Shown here: positions 12,981-22,430 of the stretch, piece by piece
Numbering within the stretch: the stretch's first letter is position 1
How the letters are laid out: each line of letters starts with the position of its first letter
Source of the DNA: Setoptus koraiensis
Lineage: Eukaryota > Animalia > Arthropoda
Direction: 5' to 3'
DNA length: 64,000 nt
Assembly (NCBI GenBank): GCA_048013815.1
Contig: CM106585.1
Location: 11,408,001-11,472,000, forward strand
Position numbers and translations under genes: made by a program
Notes under the pieces: model-generated
The model's database searches: none
What the model was told of the DNA's origin: nothing
The model's input: only the letters and a program-made list of their open reading frames with translations

Positions 12981-12993
12981 GGCGCCATCTAGT
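12981..12993 (-). promoter_or_regulatory. CTCF-like insulator motif (ACTAGATGGCGCC), preserved in the duplicate at 23946-23958
   Basis: The reverse complement ACTAGATGGCGCC matches the core of the CTCF consensus CCACYAGRKGGCRC. This is a motif match only. Confidence 0.3.
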
Positions 12994-13104
12994 ACTACTA
13001 ACAAGGTATACCTCCTAGGGTGGACACCCACAATGCAAGCATTATATCCATTATATCCAATTTGTGTATGAGAACATGAGAAAAGGCTGATCTCGTTGCC
13101 GATT

Positions 13105-13292
13105 TGGTCAAAAAAGAGTCGACATTGTGTTAGTGTGGGCTTGTTCAGTTGACACTACACAGAGAATCGTTCCCCATTAGTCGTGTCACATAATAACAAT
13201 TTTAATTTATGACAAAAACAATCATCTTGGCGTAATTAGCAAATCAGCGACCATCTTGATCTTGAGCATGTCGTATCGCTGATAAAGTCACA
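13105..13292 (+). repeat. ~180-bp direct repeat R, copy 1 (left flank of the SOD/rDNA cassette)
   Basis: tggtcaaaaaagagtcgacatt...gacactacacagagaatcgttccccatt...taattagcaaatcagcga...catgtcgtatcgctgataaagtcaca, shared with 16013-16186 and 24094-24317. Confidence 0.9.
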
Positions 13293-14075
13293 CAATGTCC
13301 GATACTGATCTCAACAATTATATATTGAGTAAAACATACATATCGAAACTTGGGTAACCTTCGTTCGCTCTTCTCTGCCAATAAATTTGTATATAAAGGC
13401 GACATTGTTATCATAGAGTTTCATAGTCTTCAAGAAAAAGGAAACTTCAATCACAATATCATCCAATGTTGCTAAGGATCAAATCTTGAGTTACGATGAT
13501 AACCACAAGACAGATCATTTTATCCATGTAAAAGTTTTGTCAATTGCTTGCACTGATAGGTGGACTTAAGTGACTGAACTGATTTTTGATCATTTTCAGT
13601 GCAGGAAGGAAATCCCTGCAAACTTATTGATAACGAGAAGTTTATTGTGACAGAGAAAACGCGCAACTCGGAGTTGTTATCCTAGCGTACTGTAGGTTTT
13701 GATGATTGCTTGTAAATGGTTTAATGATAACAGTAGTAATGCTAGCATGGAGATCAGAGACATATTGGTATCACAGTTATGATTATATTCAAGTGAACAA
13801 CGAAAAATTTGTTGTTTGTTAGTGAAATATGTACATGATAATTATTGCGTAGACTAGATGAATGGTAAAATAATACGAATAACGGTCGTGGTTTGAATGA
13901 AACAACGATGGGGGCCCACTGGCACTTGTTTCAAAGGCGACACAATTTGAAATGAGTGGATATTTTCTCTGTTCCGTGCCGAGTTTCCCTCCTCACATGA
14001 CCAAATGTTATTAAATTGTTCACTTCTATTTGCAGTTGATGCGCCTTCTGTCCGTAGAAATGTATCCAACCAGTG

Positions 14076-14357
14076 TTGCCTGATATGAGGTCGATTAAAA
14101 GAATTTTAAATTGTATCTATTGAACAAGTATTGTTGTAGGTAGGTGTTTTTAAACTTGAGTTATAGCATACTTCGATTATTCGGTGCATGAGCAACTGTT
14201 CAAGTTGTAACGTTCGACAAACCAAAATAATAATAATTTATGATATAATTTTTGCGTTTGTGCTAAACTATTTCTTGTAATGGCCCATCAATGCGTGTTA
14301 AACATTAGAATGGTCCTTATTTGATTAATTAAAATCGCATAGTTTTGTTGTTCTATC
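14076..14357 (-). other. ITS2-like AT-rich spacer ending in the first ~18 nt of 28S rRNA
   Basis: It directly follows the 5.8S 3' end and terminates in TCGACCTCATATCAGGCAA (14094-14076), resembling the conserved 28S 5' start CGACCTCAGATCAGG. rDNA similarity stops abruptly there. Confidence 0.65.
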
Positions 14358-14513
14358 CGAGTCTCATACAGACAGAGCTTCAGTTATTGCTAACCAAAGC
14401 TGCAGTAGGCTGCAATATCAAACGCTCAGCGTGTCATGCAATTCGCGCCGCCTATCGCAGTCTAACTGCGTTCTTCATCGATCTATGACCCAAGTGATCC
14501 ACCGCTAACTGTA
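14358..14513 (-). rRNA. Orphan, degenerate 5.8S rRNA gene
   Basis: The minus strand reads GTTAGCGGTGGATCACTTGGGTCATAGATCGATGAAGAACGCAGTTAGACTGCGATAGGCGGCGCGAATTGCATGACACGCTGAGC...TTGCAGCC...GTCTGTATGAGACTCGG. It contains the universal 5.8S motifs GCGGTGGATCACT, CGATGAAGAACGCAG and GAATTGCA; the conserved TCGAACGCA motif is missing. The ends are approximate. Confidence 0.9.
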
Positions 14514-14790
14514 CTTTTTTATTGATTATTTTAGTTTATTTATGCTTTAGTTTTCTTGTTAGTTAGTCAAAATAAACACGCATTAATGCATAAATTTTTC
14601 TATCGTTTTGTGCAGTAGGCAATGCAAAGAACACGAGCTTTACATCGCAAACAACTGCTCATTATAGCATATATACGCATTCGCGCACTCAATCAAGCTA
14701 TGTGTGATCACTGATCAGCAACTCGAACGCATCTATGGGTCGAACTTGACTGTAACTCACGCTCTTCGCGTACTCATTGGCTACAGAAAT
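14514..14790 (-). other. Putative partial ITS1
   Basis: Assigned by position only: it lies 5' of the 5.8S and has no SOD-coding potential. No 18S 3' end (GGATCATTA) is present, so the boundary is uncertain. Confidence 0.35.
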
Positions 14791-16012
14791 TCTAACTTAC
14801 ATTGCAAATCGGCGTCACTATAGTGCCTTGTAACGCAACCGGTGGCCTCTGTCAGGCCGTATTTCTTGCTAAGATCGCCCGCTTTGAATTGATCAGATGT
14901 TTGCAGTGGGCCAAAATTGGCGATTGGCGGCAATCTGAAGTTGTTCTCCTGATCGTATGGGTCATAGAGGTCGTAAACGGAATCATTTGAGCACGGAAAC
15001 TATTCATCTTTCATACTCCAAGCATCATGAATACCATAATGTTCCACATTGCCCTGTAAACTATTTAGATCCATTTGAATCTGAGTGGCCATCTTGGTCG
15101 TTTCTTGACGAAACGTCACACTGCCTTGAATTGCAGACGCAATACTCGGGCCGGAGTTCCATAATTTCATTGATACCTTCAGTGGATGCGATGCCTCAAT
15201 AGTGGTACAGGCCAAACGGTTGCCACGTTGTGTGGGCGACTATTCATCGTAAACCACCACCGAGCGACCAATGATGGAGTAATGTTTGCTGAATGGAAGA
15301 AACGTGTCACGATAATATAAGACACTTCTGTTGCTGTAATCGCTAGTTAGCATCACCTTCTCATTGGCCTTGCCGGCCAGGTCGCCTACACGACAGCGAA
15401 GCTCGGGCCCAGAGCGACATTGTATAGAGTATTGGTCAGGATTGAGATTCGCGGCTGTCTGAAACGGGTCATATATGTCGCCAACACTTTCGTATCCATC
15501 TACTCCAATTGTAAAAATCGGCGAGGCCCGGTTTAATATTGCCAATTGTGATCAAAACTGTCACGTCCACATTATGCAATTCCACCAGCACACTTGTTTC
15601 TGCCTCTGAATGTTCGTTTGATTGTCGAAATGTTATTCGGCCTACAATTGGATCGTAGAAGGTGGCCACAGCCGTTTTAACACTGTCTTCAAAATAGTCA
15701 ATATTAGCACATAGCAACAGGTCACTATTGTTGTTGCGTAACGCCAACGAAACGTAATTCATCAATGTGCTCTTGGGATGGTTTTTCACACTTAATCACA
15801 TGTAGAGCCACTGTAATGGTTCGCTTGTACGGGATAAGGCCTGTCCATTTGGAGTTGAACAAACTTTTACCATAATAGCATGGGTGCTTGAAACCGAATA
15901 TTTTGTAGAGATTGTGTGTCTATTTTCTCAGAAAGAAATTCTTTTCAAGTTCGATTGTATGGAAAACGCTATTTTCACCAAAAGCGCCACAAGGTATACA
16001 ATATGTGCGCCA

Positions 16013-16186
16013 TGGTCAAAAAAGAGTCGACATTCTGTTCAGGTGACACTACACAGAGAATCGTTCCCCATTGGTCGTGTCGCCTAATAACAATTTTAAT
16101 CTATGAGAAAAACAATTATATTGGCGTAATTAGCAAATCAGCGATCATCTTGATCTTGAGCATGTCGTATCGCTGATAAAGTCACA
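16013..16186 (+). repeat. Direct repeat R, copy 2 (right flank of the SOD/rDNA cassette)
   Basis: Aligns to 13105-13292 with a short internal deletion. Its downstream flank (to 16216) matches 24318-24347. Confidence 0.9.
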
Positions 16187-16295
16187 GATGATTTGTCATA
16201 ATGATATGAATAAGGTCGTTGTAGGTGTTTCGTTGCGTGTTGTCGCCGTCAATGCGGGTTGTCGCTGTCGTCACAGCCGTAGCCATAATCACCGG

Positions 16296-19200
16296 CTAGC
16301 CGCGCGCCGCTGATACTGCATTACGCTCTCGGGCGCCCACTTCGGGCCTATATGTCGGCACAGGCCGATAGAAATCATACAGTGGCTTGAAGGGCGAAGA
16401 CCCGTTCACCTGTCGCGCGGACGAATCTGTAGCGCGAAATGAGCCCGACGATGCTATCGATTCAGATTCGGACTGCGACGAGTCCAGCGGCGTCAGATTG
16501 CCAGCCTTTACAACGGCTGACTTGCTGTCTGGATTGGTGTGATCATTGCGTGATTTGACAGTTGTCTCACCATGCCAGTACCTGCGCATGCTACGACCGC
16601 CCTTGGCTGTGGCCGTCGACGCGCCAATATCACTAGAGGCCCGACTGGGCGGCTGATCTGCCGACAATGGCCTCCTCAGGCCGGTCAAGCTGTCAAGCTG
16701 CTGCGATTGTTTTTTGGCCCCCGATTGTTGCTTGCCCAGCTGACCCAGTGCCACCTTGGCCAATGTGGAGCTCTGGCCGTTGTTCAGGTCGCTGGCCGAT
16801 CGCTTTATTAGCGGCAGTCTCGTGAACACACTGAACAATTTCGATTTTGACGACGAGTTTGCTACCTTGTTCGAGCGAGTCGAACCCAACGAGCTGAGCG
16901 AATCAGATTTGTTCTTGGCCAGCTTGTGCTTGACGCTGCTGCTGGCCGAGCTCTTCGATCTGGTCATCATTGAGGCCTTGTTGTTGTTGTTGCTGCTGCC
17001 CGAATTGCTTTTGCCGCTTGTATTGTAAGCGCGCAATTGGCTCTCCAAATCGTCGGCCTCTTCCCCGTCGTCGTCGTGGTCGTCGTCTCTGTTGGGCTTC
17101 GGTATTATCGTTTGGCTCAGATGATGCTTATAGTGGGGCATGCGTTTGTTCAGTATGGTGTGACTGCCGGCGCTACTGCTACTGTCCGTGGCGTAATGGT
17201 CCGGCCCGCCGGGCGGCCCGCAAAAATCGGCGCTGGTAGCCGAATTAAACGGCTGCTCGTCGTAAGCTGGCGTCAAGAGCGAACGCGAGCGCGAATCATG
17301 CGACCTGTCCCTCGCGCCGGGTCCCGGCGCGTTACCTGCGCCCTCAGCTGCGCCATAATGCACGTCCGACAGGTTCACGGTGGACAGTCGCTTGAGCGCT
17401 CTGGCCGCCGCCCGGGCTGACGGGTCCGCCGCATAGTGGCTTCGGTCCACAGTGGAACAGTTGGGAATGTCGGACAATGTCGCATCTTGGCGCTTCTTGC
17501 CGGCGGGCCGGACTGTTTTGGCGGCGGCCGCTTCATCGATGCCCTGCTTCCACTTGCTGGCCGCTGGCGGCCGATTCTTTGCGTTCCGTCTGTCCAGCGT
17601 CACCGAGCCCTTGGCCGAACTGAACAGGTTCAGCAGACGATTTTGTGTGGTGGGCTCCGCTTTGGCAACTGCACTGGGCGGCTTAGTTTTGGCCTGGCCA
17701 CTTCCGTTTCGCTGCTTTGTTGAGCTCAATGTCGAATTGTCCAGGGTGGCGTAACCACAATTGGCCCCAGCGCCTTGCGGCGCCACAACGGCTGTCCTAT
17801 GGGGCTGGCGAGCATTCGAGGCCCAGGTGACAATGTTGCCCAGGTGATTGTGATGATCGTCGGCGGAATTGGACCGTCTGGTGCTCGTTTGGCCATTCAT
17901 TTGGCGCTTGTGATCCCGTCTTCTGGTCAGTGTTTGGTCTTGGCCTATGGCACCCGCCAAGTTGCTGCCCGATTGGCGCTGCTGCTGCTGCCTAATCTGA
18001 CTGTAAATGGGCCCCGCCTGGCCGCTGGTATCCGTTGCGTCACCTTGGACAGGCTGGCCGGTGGTGGTTGGCGGCGGTGGCGACAAACGATTGTCGTACT
18101 CTATGGTCTCTACGGCGTCGTAGCCAATGTCGCCCCGTTCAATATCCTCCTTGCTGGGTATTATTGTTTGACTTAGATGATGCTGATAGTGAATGGGTCG
18201 CTTGTCCTTTGTTTTTCTCAACTTTTGTCCGCTGTTATTAGTTGCATCAGTGTTGTTGTTGTTGTTGCTGTTGCTGTTTGGAGATCGGCGCAATGTTGCC
18301 GCGCTGGACAACAGTTGCTGATGCGATCTGTTGTAATCGTCGTCGTCGCTGTAACTGTGAAACAGGGGCCCCGCTTGGGCCCCTCTGTTGCGGCCCCGCG
18401 CCGTTGATTGTTTTTTGCCGCTTGCGATCTCCTGTCCGTCGTTTCTTACAGACTCGTCCTGATGCAACCAACTGTTGTCGCTGGCCGCCTGCTGATAGTT
18501 CAACAAGTGGCCCGTTGACCGGTGCAACTTGGACTGTTTCTTGGCATGTCTCAATGACATAACAGCATCGTCATCATTGTTGTCCTGGTGGCGACGCCGG
18601 TGTCGCCTTGTTGTCATTGTGCTGGCGTCATGCTCGTCGTCATGTCCGGCGCCAAATGCGTCATGATTGCGTGACAAGCGGCCGCTCTCTTGGCTACCAA
18701 CGACAGCGTTGAGTGTGGGCGTTGGCGTGGGCAACGACGAACACGACGACGACGACGACGACGACGAATAGACCGACTCGGTTTGCATCATCGCATCGTG
18801 TTCGCGATATAATACCGGTCGCTGCTGGCCGGCGTTGCGCGCCGGTCGCCTATCCAGTGTCACTGAGGCTCCATATGGCACACCGGAAGTTCTAAGTTGG
18901 GTTCCGGTCGCTTGCTCGCGCTCCATAGTGGGGCGCAATACTGGCTCGCTGGTGTTGCGCTTGCTATTTTGTGTTTGCTGGTCCGTTGGTCTGTCTACCG
19001 TCTGTTTGTTTTCATGCCCATTGTATTTGTTCCTGTTGCTGCTAATAATTGATTGCGGTGGCTGCCTAACCGAGCAAGGCCGCTCCTGAAAGATCTTGTG
19101 CGTTGTTTGTGCAGCGTTGACAGCGCGCTGTCTGGCGTTATTAGTGCTGATTTTATCCGGCATGTTGCTGTGATTGTTGTTGTGAAACGCGCTGCCAAAC

Positions 19201-20417
19201 GAAGGCGCCGATATATTGGAGTTGTTAGACGACGAACACGTTGACGTGCCGTGATTTTGCTGGTCCGTGTGTCCGTCCGATTCAGTGTTGATGTCGCTAT
19301 AGGTGACGGGCATCACATTGCTGTAGGCCTTGACCACTCCGCTCGGGTCGCAGCGTATAAGTCTTGGCTTGTTGGTTGCGAGCTGCTGCTGCTGCTGCTT
19401 ATTATTATTGCTCACAATGCGATCGTCGGACACATCGGGCAAACCGAGCGTGTTGAATCTGTCCATTTCTGTGACACTTTCGTTGTTGGCGTGCCCAATG
19501 CGGTTGTCGTAACTGGTCCAGTGATCCAGTTTTAGTTGTGGCGCCGGTTGAATGTAATGGTGATGGTCGGGGGTCAATTGTGAACTGTTTTGCGTAGACG
19601 AGCACGACACCACCGACGAGGCCGACGACGACAAACGTGTTGTGATGGGCATGGCGCCCACTAGGGCCGACTGTTGCTGCTGCTGCATGGCGCTTGTTTT
19701 GGGGCCCGTTGTTGTTGGCTGCTGCGACTGACGGAGTTGCTGTTGTTGTTGCTGCTGTTGAACATTTTTCGACGATGGCCTCAGCTCGCATTGGATAGCT
19801 ATGGTGCGTTGCAACGAATCCAATCGTGTTATGGGCGACGCCGATCTCGAGTAGTGGCTGGCTCTCGATTGCTGGTCAGCCACGAGCTGCTGCTTTATTG
19901 GTCTAGACTGGTGATTTATTCTGTCCATTTGGCCAACCGACAATAACGGTTTGAGTGGCCTGCGTGGTCTAGAGTGGGCATTGTCCATTGGTGTGAGTTG
20001 TTCGTTGCGCGCAAATTGTTTGTTAATTTGTTGCCCGTACCTTTGCAAAGATTCCTGGCCTCTAGCTGGTTGTTGTTGTTGGTGTTGGTGTTGCCAGAGA
20101 TTGTCGTCGCAACTGTTTGAGCATGTTGAGGTATTTGAGCAGGAACACTCGTAATCGCTAACAATCTGTTTACTGTCTGACAATTGGTTGGTGGTGCTAG
20201 CTGGCCGACACTGTTGCACTGTATTCCTGTTATTAGTATAGCAGTTGTTGTTATAACTAGCGTTATTCATCGTTGTTTGATTGTTTTGATTTGATAATTG
20301 AGCGCCATTGTAGTGATAAGCTGCTGTGTGATTATCATTGTGTTGGCCGGTTAATGGGTAGCCGGGGTTGCGCTCATACGAGGGACAATAATTTGAATAA
20401 TCGGTTTTGTGCGACAT
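16296..20417 (-). CDS. Orphan 1373-aa, largely low-complexity/disordered protein with internally duplicated motifs
   Basis: A 4.1-kb uninterrupted ATG-initiated ORF. The motifs SVTLDRR (x2) and HY(Q/K)HHLSQTIIP (x2) are conserved at protein level with synonymous codon differences. No globular domain was recognised. Confidence 0.85.
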   Translation of the reverse strand: MSHKTDYSNYCPSYERNPGYPLTGQHNDNHTAAYHYNGAQLSNQNNQTTMNNASYNNNCYTNNRNTVQQCRPASTTNQLSDSKQIVSDYECSCSNTSTCSNSCDDNLWQHQHQQQQPARGQESLQRYGQQINKQFARNEQLTPMDNAHSRPRRPLKPLLSVGQMDRINHQSRPIKQQLVADQQSRASHYSRSASPITRLDSLQRTIAIQCELRPSSKNVQQQQQQQQLRQSQQPTTTGPKTSAMQQQQQSALVGAMPITTRLSSSASSVVSCSSTQNSSQLTPDHHHYIQPAPQLKLDHWTSYDNRIGHANNESVTEMDRFNTLGLPDVSDDRIVSNNNKQQQQQLATNKPRLIRCDPSGVVKAYSNVMPVTYSDINTESDGHTDQQNHGTSTCSSSNNSNISAPSFGSAFHNNNHSNMPDKISTNNARQRAVNAAQTTHKIFQERPCSVRQPPQSIISSNRNKYNGHENKQTVDRPTDQQTQNSKRNTSEPVLRPTMEREQATGTQLRTSGVPYGASVTLDRRPARNAGQQRPVLYREHDAMMQTESVYSSSSSSSSCSSLPTPTPTLNAVVGSQESGRLSRNHDAFGAGHDDEHDASTMTTRRHRRRHQDNNDDDAVMSLRHAKKQSKLHRSTGHLLNYQQAASDNSWLHQDESVRNDGQEIASGKKQSTARGRNRGAQAGPLFHSYSDDDDYNRSHQQLLSSAATLRRSPNSNSNNNNNTDATNNSGQKLRKTKDKRPIHYQHHLSQTIIPSKEDIERGDIGYDAVETIEYDNRLSPPPPTTTGQPVQGDATDTSGQAGPIYSQIRQQQQRQSGSNLAGAIGQDQTLTRRRDHKRQMNGQTSTRRSNSADDHHNHLGNIVTWASNARQPHRTAVVAPQGAGANCGYATLDNSTLSSTKQRNGSGQAKTKPPSAVAKAEPTTQNRLLNLFSSAKGSVTLDRRNAKNRPPAASKWKQGIDEAAAAKTVRPAGKKRQDATLSDIPNCSTVDRSHYAADPSARAAARALKRLSTVNLSDVHYGAAEGAGNAPGPGARDRSHDSRSRSLLTPAYDEQPFNSATSADFCGPPGGPDHYATDSSSSAGSHTILNKRMPHYKHHLSQTIIPKPNRDDDHDDDGEEADDLESQLRAYNTSGKSNSGSSNNNNKASMMTRSKSSASSSVKHKLAKNKSDSLSSLGSTRSNKVANSSSKSKLFSVFTRLPLIKRSASDLNNGQSSTLAKVALGQLGKQQSGAKKQSQQLDSLTGLRRPLSADQPPSRASSDIGASTATAKGGRSMRRYWHGETTVKSRNDHTNPDSKSAVVKAGNLTPLDSSQSESESIASSGSFRATDSSARQVNGSSPFKPLYDFYRPVPTYRPEVGARERNAVSAARG

Positions 20418-22343
20418 GATGTTACTATTATATTATTGTAATAATTGTTTTGATGTGATTACTATTAGTTGAGCTATTGAATAACACCTATCGAATAGCG
20501 TCGGGTTATCGCTGTTGATATCACATATATCACATGGGACAATAGAGCAAAGATGAAGAGGCGTCGTGAACAAATTGAATTTTAAGCTCTAATTTTGTTA
20601 ATTATTGTTAGTTTTATTCAACTCGCTGCAACTGTTGGTGTCGCCACTCGACCACTCGACTGTTTGTTGTTCACTTTGGGCTGTCTTGTGTTGGCTGGCT
20701 GGATATAAACGAGTGAATGGCTCGACCGACAACAACAACCACAAACACTTGTGCTATCCCACCAATTGATGCGTGCTCCAAGCTAGTATGAGGCTGACAA
20801 CTTGTGAGCCAACTATCAATTTTTAAGCTTGAGTCAATCATTGAGTCGAGCTTACTATCACCATATTCTATTCTTGGTGGAAACATCACGACAAGCCCAA
20901 TGCTGAGCGATAACTTGTTCAATTGTTGTCGTGTTACAACAACCAGTGGATAGTGCAACAAGTGATCAAGCCAGCCTGGCCAGATTTCGTTTTAATGCTT
21001 GCGCCTGAGTGATCATTCTAATATGCCTAGCGAGCCCAATAAGAGTACAGAAGAAAAAACCAAAAACCAACAACGGGCGCTAATTCAGCCAAATTTGCAC
21101 TTTTGTGCACTAACTGGCAAGGTTTTGTTTAAATAGTGAAGGCAATCTCTCTCTCTCTCTCTCTCACTATCACTATCAAAGATATAAATGCATGCCAAGT
21201 TTGCCAATTAAAGCTAGAGATAGACAAACAGAGTGAGTGGCGATGATCGTCTTGTTACGCTACCACGCTGCTGAATATTTACACAATAAGCCAACACCAA
21301 ATAGAGTAACAGGTGTTTTTTCTTCCACCCACGATCATCACCTTGCCATTGCATTAGTTGTGTACATTGGCACTAGCTAGCGGCAACAGTGTATAGTCGC
21401 CAGGCTATTTTCTTCGGGCTAGCCGGCCGGTCGGCCGGCAAACCAACCGACAAGTTGGCCCGATCGAGCTAACCGCAGCGGCTTTAACCAACTAGACGTA
21501 TGCTCGCATATCATTAACTATTGGCCTGGCTATTGATGCAACGTTGTTGATATATCACTAATGAAGTTTATTATCGGCATGTCACCATCTTGCATCACCA
21601 AACAACAATGTCCGTTCTTCTTCCGTCTTTTTGTCATATCGCTCGCCATGGTCATACTTGCCGGTGGCATGAATTCCAGCCAAACAACAGCACTAATTAT
21701 TGTTACAACTACTGCCTTTTTTTTTGTCTCTTTCTCATGACGGGATGCCTTCACCACCTTGGCACATAGAGAGCTTACTGTCGATGATGTCGCTTCCTTT
21801 GATTGCTCGCTTGCCAAACAATTGTCAGTTAGGGCAACCGCGTGACAAGCGTCACTGACGGCTGACATTAACCCAGCAAACAATCACGGGTTTATGCAGC
21901 CGTTATGTTATGTATAGCAATTGCATCATTTGCTGATACCGACTCTTCGCTAATTGAGGTGTCTGTGAGTTGGTTTAACGACAATTGACTTTATTAGTCG
22001 AACGCACACACACGAAAATGTGCACGTTTTAAGCTCGACGCTAATGCAAATTAAACTGACTGTCAAACTGTTTGCTGACTGCGTACATTAACAACAGGCA
22101 CCTGTTTATTATGCAGTCTTATGATCGCTATTATATATCATCACATATGCATTGTTGCCAGCGATAGCCATAACAACAACAACAGCGGCAACAGCACACT
22201 CTAGCAAGTCATGGCCACCACCAGGACAGCCAGACACTTAGGTGAGCTAGACGCACAGGTGAGCCAGACGCACAGGTGAGGGGCAGGCGTGTCCGTTAGT
22301 GTGCGTAGGAACACAAGTCTGACCTTCGTTTTCTCCCCTCCTC

Positions 22344-22348
<5 letters not shown>

Positions 22349-22427
<79 letters not shown>
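22349..22427. repeat. (CA)n microsatellite at a patchwork junction
   Basis: Read directly from the sequence; it immediately precedes the 515-bp identical block. Confidence 0.95.

Positions 22428-22430
<3 letters not shown>

Larger units (their letters stand above)
9590..13292 (+). repeat. Non-coding source region, collinear but with multiple deletions, for 21360-22320 and 23495-24317
   Basis: Shared blocks, approximate: 9590-9835/21360-21610; 10050-10130/21615-21690; 10190-10420/21690-21880; 10745-10810/21893-21960; 10965-11345/21972-22325; 11890-11955/23495-23555; 12590-13292/23560-24317. Confidence 0.85.
13931..15789 (-). pseudogene. Cu/Zn superoxide-dismutase-like repeat protein (multi-SOD-domain family), disrupted
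   Basis: SOD-fold motifs across segments: LLCANI...KTAVATFYDPIVGRITFRQ; HNW (in a shifted frame); SVGDIYDP...CRVGDLAGK...YRDTFLP...SIIGRSVVVYD; RLACTTI...IQGSVTFRQ...YGIH...FPC...DQFKAGDLSKKYG...YSDADLQ, followed by a GTAAGT donor at ~14800. There are two in-frame TAGs (15240-15242, 15000-15002) and frameshifts near 15545-15570. A probable C-terminal remnant, IHFYGQKAHQLQIEVNNLITFGHV, lies at 13931-14074 (family resemblance from recall, so inference). Confidence 0.8.

Noticed and set aside
16572-20164. Many 60-133 aa ORFs antisense to or overlapping the 1373-aa gene
   Set aside because: These are shadows of a GC-rich, triplet-repeat coding sequence; the motif-level synonymous conservation supports only the long frame.
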